DNA of 64,000 nt, from NCBI GenBank assembly GCA_951406725.2, contig OX597826.1, positions 58,900,001 to 58,964,000 of the forward strand, written 5' to 3'. Shown here one piece after another: positions 56,646 to 64,000 of this stretch (within the stretch, counting starts at the first letter, position 1; each line of letters starts with the position of its first letter). A program made the translations under genes and the position numbers. This DNA comes from Octopus vulgaris (taxonomy: Eukaryota). The notes beneath the pieces were generated by a model. It did no database searches, had not been told where the DNA came from, and saw only the letters and a program-made list of their open reading frames with translations.

Positions 56646-56806
56646 TGCCGGCCAAGTAGTGTGGAGCGACTGACCTCCCTTGTTCAAAGGTTATATGGAT
56701 ACAGTTTGTGTATCAAATAGCTAACTTAAGGCGATGGTTCATGGAGCTAATAAGCGGTCAGCTTTATTCTTATTTTTATAAGAATGCCATATTAGTATGG
56801 CGATAA

Positions 56807-56860
<54 letters not shown>

Positions 56861-57124
56861 TTATCGCCATACTAATATGGCATTCTTATAAAAATAAGAA
56901 TAAAGCTGACCGCTTATTAGCTCCATGAGGCCATCGCCTTAAGTTAGCTATTTGATACACAAACTGTATCCATATAACCTTTGAACATATATATATATGT
57001 ATGCACGTATGTATATATAAAATAATTTTATATATAAAATTAATAAAAATATATATATAAACATTTACAAGGTAGAATAACCATAAAACGATGTTTTATG
57101 AGGTGTCTACATACGTCTGTCATG

Positions 57125-57177
<53 letters not shown>

Positions 57178-57727
57178 AAATGTACTTAAGTATATGTATG
57201 ATTATATATATATATATTCATGTGTATGAAAATATCAATTTATCTATATTTGTGTTTGCATATGCGTATGCAATTATGTGTATAAACTTGTATATGTATT
57301 TCTACAAATGTGAATCGGTATAAATAAATAAAATAAAATGAAATGAAATAAAATAAAATTCGTCGTGAATCCTTAAGCAGCGTAATTGAAAGGAAAACTT
57401 TGTTACGTGTGGAATCTAGTGAATATGAAAATTTATAAAAGTATAAAACGTGAATAGAGATCTAAGATGTGTTAATATTTAATCATGCCATGTACAAAAG
57501 CAGACTTGCAACTCTCTGAATTTCAGAGAGGCCGTATTGTGGTGGACATAGCGTAATATCCATAGTCACAGCAATCCATGACAAAGCAATCCATTTGAAA
57601 CATGGGTGATACCGATATTTGCCAGCTGAGTGGACGGGAGCTACGTGAAATGAAGTGTGTTGCTCAAGAACATAACATGGGTATGGAACTCATGACCTTA
57701 CTATCATGTGCCTAAACACACACGCTA

Positions 57728-57774
<47 letters not shown>

Positions 57775-57848
57775 TATATAAGTATGTATAGATAAATATA
57801 TAGAAACTAACACGTGTGTGAAATATTGTAATATACGAACAGATGTTC

Positions 57849-58246
57849 TCTTTTACTTGTTGCAGTCATTTCACTGTGGCCATACTGGAGCACCGCCTTT
57901 AGTCGAGCAAATCGACCCCAGGACTTATTCTTTGTAAGCCTAGTATTTATTCTATCGGTCTCTTTTGCCGAACCCTTAAGTTGCGAGGACGTAAACATAG
58001 CAGTATCGACTGTCAAGCGATGTTGGTGGGACAAACACAGACACACAAACACATACACATACACACACATATATATACATATATACGACGGGCTTCTTTC
58101 AGTTTCCATCTACCAAATCCACTCACAAAGCTTTGATCGGCTCGAGGCTATAGAAGACACTTGCCTAAGGTGCTACACAGTGGGACTGAACCCGGAACCA
58201 TGTGGTTCGTAAGCAAGCTACTTACCACACAGCCACTCCTACGCCT
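57849..58246 (-). mobile_element. SINE family B
   Basis: Matches 934-1369. Confidence 0.85.
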
Positions 58247-58798
58247 ATTGGTCAACGTTTTTCACACTAATCACTATATTTATGTTTCCACCAATCATCA
58301 CCCACACAAAAAATATTAAACAACGCAAGAACAATCAATGTTAGGGTCAGAGGTGATTTCCCCCCTTTTTTTTCTACTTCAAGACATCTATCAACAAGTT
58401 AGATGGTAATGGAAATCAATGATGCAATAAACAATGTATTAGTCGGTGTATTTTGCCTCTATCTATCTCTGTATATAACAACAGATTCAAAGTATTTCAC
58501 AAACATACACAAATATTTTAATGGCGTTTGGCTCTTCACCAACTTCAAAAGTCACTTTATACCTACATAAAGACATACATACACATATGCATGCATGCAT
58601 ATAAACATTACATACATACATACACACATACACACATACATACATACATAGATAACATATGTATATAAACATAGATATGAATACATACAAACACATACTC
58701 ATATATATATATGTATATAGTCATAAGACTATATGTATACAGGTTTTTCACTCACTCTGACTCTCACCTTCTCTCTCTCTCTCTCGCGTCACTCTTTC

Positions 58799-58834
<36 letters not shown>

Positions 58835-58918
58835 TACTTATAGACACACACACATATATGACTATTTGTACATGTAACTAGAGTTATATATGTATGTATA
58901 TATATATATGAATATATG

Positions 58919-58967
<49 letters not shown>

Positions 58968-58972
58968 TTATA

Positions 58973-59027
<55 letters not shown>

Positions 59028-59074
59028 ATCTCTATATACATATGTATAGGTATAAATATATCCACACACATAAA

Positions 59075-59109
<35 letters not shown>

Positions 59110-59194
59110 TGACAGAGATCTGTGTACGAGTGTAGAAAATATATTTAAATACAAACATACATACATATAAACACGCATGCCCACATCTACACAC

Positions 59195-59235
<41 letters not shown>

Positions 59236-59312
59236 AAGTGTAAGAGTATTTACTACAAGATATACACAATCCCTCACACATCCATATAGTTAAATACATA
59301 CATTCAAAGGAT

Positions 59313-59376
<64 letters not shown>

Positions 59377-59659
59377 CTGTGTGTGTGTGTATGTGTGAGT
59401 GTGTGAACGCGCGTGTCTCTGTGTATGCGCATTCTTATAGATTATTTATGTAATCAAATTCAAGCCAGAAATATAATCAGTGACCGAAACAAGCATTATT
59501 GAGCAAACACTGACATTTTTGTGTATTGCCATCAATAGTATGAACCGTTAATAAGGAGACGTGGTTGTTGGGATATTGTTGGCGCGAGATGGATGTTGTT
59601 GTTTTCGTTACTGGGCGCAACGCTAGTTATATATGAATATATGCATGTGTTTATACACA

Positions 59660-59693
<34 letters not shown>

Positions 59694-59694
<1 letters not shown>

Positions 59695-59909
59695 GGCAGA
59701 AACGTTAGCACGCCGGGCGAAATGCGTAGCCGTATTTCGTCTGCCGTTACGTTCTGAGTTCAAATTCCGCCGAGGTTGACTTTGCCTTTCATCCTTTCGG
59801 GGTCGATTAAATAAGTACCAGTTACGCACTGGGGTCGATATAATCGACTTAATCCGTTTGTCTGTCCTTGTTTGTCCCCTCTGTGTTTAGCCCCTTGTGG
59901 GTAGTAAAG

Positions 59910-59912
<3 letters not shown>
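59694..59912 (+). mobile_element. SINE family C, well-preserved copy
   Basis: Near-identical to 46120-46340. Confidence 0.85.
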
Positions 59913-59974
<62 letters not shown>

Positions 59975-60191
59975 TTAACACACATACACACACACAGAGA
60001 CATATATGTATATGTACAAATATATATTTTGATATATATATATATATATATATATAACCTTGTTACGACACTGTGTGTACACGTCTTTTTCTCTCCCTCA
60101 ACTCTTTCCACACACATACACACATAAATTTTAACCCCCACTCACATTTATGGACATACATGTAGATATATGTATGGTTCTTACTGTAAGA

Positions 60192-60238
<47 letters not shown>

Positions 60239-60464
60239 CATGTCAAAGGAAAATGGAATTTTATTAAAAGTAGAACATTCAATCAAAATTTACATTTCAA
60301 GTGGTCTAACGTGCAAAAAATATTAGTCAAGAAGAATATATATTCTGTCGAATTTTATCCGTTATTTTTGTGGTTTACAGAACCTAGCTGTTCTTTCTAG
60401 CGTGCTGAATTCCCTGTAGGTGGATTCCTTATGTGTTTAAATATACACTATATCGTATGACTAA

Positions 60465-60496
<32 letters not shown>

Positions 60497-60875
60497 CATA
60501 AATACATACATATGCTTATATGCATATTTATATAAAAGTATGTATATCATATATTTATACATACGTATATAAGCGAGTGTGTATATGACTGATGTTTCCA
60601 CGCGTGCGTTCTGTGTTGCGTGCTTGTGTTGTTGTATGGTCTTCCAAACTTGTCATAGAAGTCAGACTACCTTTTGATGAATAATTGTATTTACCTTAAA
60701 TTTGTCAGTTAATTTAACCTTTTATGAGCAACTTTTGTACCAAAGTGTCAAACAGAACCGGGTGTGGTTTATGACGTTGTTTATACGTTCATGCATATAC
60801 TACAGCACATAGACGGATAGATACACATACTCACATACATATATACATACACGAAGTCACACATATATGCATTCT

Positions 60876-60913
<38 letters not shown>

Positions 60914-61413
60914 AATAAAATATATGCATATATATAAACATGTATGTACGTACCTACCTCTACATGTACATATACGCGCATATATGTGTACAGGACACCA
61001 AAAGGACGTCGAACACATAGAGAGACGAAAAACATAGACACAAACCAAGGAACAAGACATGTATGTATATATATATATATATTATATATTATATATGTAT
61101 AGATAGATAGATAGATAAAACTTACTTGGAAAAGGATGCGTCGCGTTCGATCATAAAATAATATAAATGATATATAAATGTATGCATATATACATATATG
61201 TACATACATACATATAGATGTATATATACATGCATATATGTGTAAAGGACATCAAAAGAAAAAAAACGTTGAGCGCAATGAAAAACAAAAACATAAAAAC
61301 AAAAGCAAATAAAATGAACTATTTTTCGAACAACGAAAAAAACAGAGAAACGACACGTGCAACATAAAGAATATCCCCCTTCATCAGTTGTCCCTCTTTC
61401 ATCTACTTTCATC

Positions 61414-61554
61414 AACTTTCCAGGAAGCCCCCAAATCCTCGGAACTTTCCATGAAATACTCGGAATTTTCCAGAAAGTCCCAACCTGGGAACTTTCTAGG
61501 AAGTGCCATTCTCTGAAATTTCGAGGAAGTCCCTTCCTCGGAAATTTCCAGGAA
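61414..61554. repeat. Degenerate 21-29 bp minisatellite (GGAA(C/T/A)TTTCCAGGAAGTCCC-like)
   Basis: About six imperfect units visible. Confidence 0.75.
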
Positions 61555-61715
61555 TTACATACATGCACACATATACATACATGCACACATACATACATAT
61601 ACACACATACATGCATGTAGGGTATGTTATTGTTATGTGTTGTGCAATGAAATACAAGTTGCACATTAACAAGTTCAAAGAGACTGAATACAGAACTTGT
61701 AGCTAAATACTTGTA

Positions 61716-61796
<81 letters not shown>

Positions 61797-61823
61797 CTAT
61801 ATCTATCTCTCTCTATATATATA

Positions 61824-64000
61824 TGGACTAAGTTTCATGGCCTGTTTTAGGTTGACATAGGATTGGAAAATGTAATAAAAATGCAGTAGTACCTTTGACG
61901 TTTTGTACTGATATTATTCTGATTGCCACCAACACTCTGTTTAAGCAGAAAAATAAATATAAAACAACCTGGATGCACCCAAGTTCAAAGCAATGGCATC
62001 TCATAGATTATATTCTGATCAGAAAACGTGATATGAAAGACGTTTCTAGTGTTCAGGCCATGAGAGGAGCAGTAGACTAGACTGACCATCATGCAGTGCG
62101 TGGAATAATAGATTTTTTGATAATGCTTAAAAATCGACAGTCTGGTTCTAAGGTACCCAAAAATGTTGCAAACTTTAAATTATCAAGCAAACTTTAAATT
62201 ATCAACTTGCAAAGATTCAACGATGCTATAGAGAGTATCAATCTTCATCCAAACAAAATATGGGAAGATTTCAAAACAAAAATATTTCAGTCTACAAGTT
62301 CGTCAGTGGGATTTAAATCACATAAGTCCAGTGATTGGTTCTCAGATAGATCAGAAGAAATTCATGATTTACGTTTAGAAAAACAAGACTTAGGCAATAC
62401 ATTTCTTTCCCTGTCCTTGAACCCCAACTCAAACGAAGCTCGCAGAAAGCCGAAAAGGAAAGTGCAGACTGCTCTAAGGAAAATTAAACAGGAGTAGCGG
62501 AATGATAGAGAAAAGGGAGCACAAGAAGCAGCTGATAGAAATGATGCCAAGAGTTTGTACTTTTACGTTAATGATGTATATGGCTCAAAATCTTCTTCAG
62601 TGAGAACAGCAAACGGACGTTTGCTTCTGATTGACACCGCTTCTAATCATAAGCGCTGGGTAGAGTTGACATGGGGACGATAGAAAACATCGAACACCTT
62701 CCAGTTATAGAAGAAAGTGCATTTGAACCAGTTCTAAATGATATTTATTTAGCTGTGAATAAGCTGAATAACAATAAGTTTCCAGGGTCTGATGGAATCC
62801 GTGCAGAGGTTTTGAAATATGAGGGTGACAAAATGTTTGAACTCTTAAATATATTAATTTGTCACTGTTACAGAACTGAGAAAGTGCCTCAAGACTGGAT
62901 TGATACCATTTTAGTATCCTTGTATAAATCATGGCCAAAGGATCTGTGTGGTAATTTTCGCGGGATTTTGCGTTTGTCTGTGGTTGGAAAGGTGCATGCC
63001 CGCATTTTGTTAGAAGGTTTAAATACCTTCATAGTTCCAAATATAGTGCCTGAGTCTCAGTGTGGCTTTCGTTCCTACAAAGGCACAGCTGATTGTATCT
63101 TTACTGTCAGACAATTACAAGAAAAGTGCATTGAACTGAATCTTGCTCCAAACCATTGGTTTGTTGATTTGAACAAAGCATTCGATACTGTTAATCGAAA
63201 TGTTCTGTGGCTAGGTTGCCCCCAAAATTTGTAAACATGATCAGGGCTTTGCATCAAGATATGAAAGCTAGAGTTAACCTTGGCGGTAGGCTCTCTGGAT
63301 CTTTTGACGTAAAAAATAGAATAAAGCAAGGAAACCTTGATGCACTCACCCTCTTTGCAATATACTTTGTTGTTGTGTTGTCAAATGATTTTCAAAACTA
63401 CGAGGAGAGTATTTACATAAAATATCGAACAACCAGGAATGTTTTTAATCTGAACAGACGGAAATTCAAAACGAAGGTTTTTACTTCACTAATTAGGGAA
63501 CGTTTTTACGCTGACGGTTGCAATCTTGTCGGTCATTCTGAAACAGGCCTGCAATCTCTTGTATCTGCATTTGTCTCGGCTTGTGATGGTTTTGGCTTGA
63601 CCATCAACTTGAAAAAAGCAGTTGTAATGCACCAACCTGCGTATGGTGCTGTTTGTAACCCCACCAAAACTTTTGTGAAGTGTAAGTTACTTGAGGTTGT
63701 CAATTCGTTCATCTACGTTGGAAGCTCTGTTCAAAATGATAGAAATCTTGATACAGAAATACACCTGCAAATTCAAAGGGCAGCAAAAGTATTTGGTGAC
63801 TTGGTGTCACGCGTTTGGTGCCAGTGACATATAAATAAGAATACAAAGCTGGCTCTTTACAAATCATTTGCCTTACCATCCTTGTTGTTTTCCTTTGAAA
63901 CTTGGACTTGTTATGAAAGTCATTTTAAATTGTTAGAACAACTCTACCAAAAATACCTTCATCGCATTTTGAAAATTAAATGGAATTCTTTTACACAGAT
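61824..64000 (+). pseudogene. Decayed RTE-type LINE: APE endonuclease C-terminus plus reverse transcriptase, runs off the window
   Basis: TNTLFKQKNKYKTTWMHPSSKQWHLIDYIL..DH; PGSDGI; PESQCGFR; FVDLNKAFDTVNR; KQG; FYADG (YADD mutated); GLTINLKK; stops and frameshifts. Confidence 0.9.

Larger units (their letters stand above)
56005..56986. mobile_element. Retrozyme-like element: 362-nt monomer in direct and inverted partial copies within (TA)n
   Basis: 56005-56131 repeated at 56367-56493; ~56491-56810 inverted; 56856-56986 a further forward piece. Confidence 0.8.

Noticed and set aside
61414-61554. CRISPR-like repeat array
   Set aside because: Units are degenerate and contiguous without unique spacers; eukaryotic context, no cas genes
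62671-63827. Active reverse transcriptase CDS
   Set aside because: Frameshifts, stops and YADG instead of YADD; this copy cannot be the active partner of the HHR elements

Overview
AT-rich, microsatellite-saturated eukaryotic DNA with no recognisable host exon. The SINE and repeat content suggests an octopus/coleoid cephalopod intron or gene desert (inference). Almost all ORFs in the track are (TA)n/(CA)n/(TACA)n artefacts. Real content: several tRNA-derived SINE families, two non-autonomous Helitrons, mariner relics, two REL-endonuclease LINE fragments, a degenerate Penelope-like GIY-YIG fragment and a decayed RTE-type LINE at the right edge. The unexplained structure is a dense population of about a dozen small, mutually dissimilar elements, mostly next to (TA)n tracts, each carrying a type I hammerhead ribozyme (HHR) fold, often with a palindromic minimal helix III. 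Two look like non-LTR retrozymes: hairpin-rich monomers of 341 nt (27849-28301) and 362 nt (56005-56986), present as partial head-to-tail repeats and sharing an AATTT(T)AATATTTCT end motif at the (TA)n junction. Across families the core 3:8 pair covaries (C-G, U-A, G-C). All folds were read by eye and are untested; many element boundaries are approximate.
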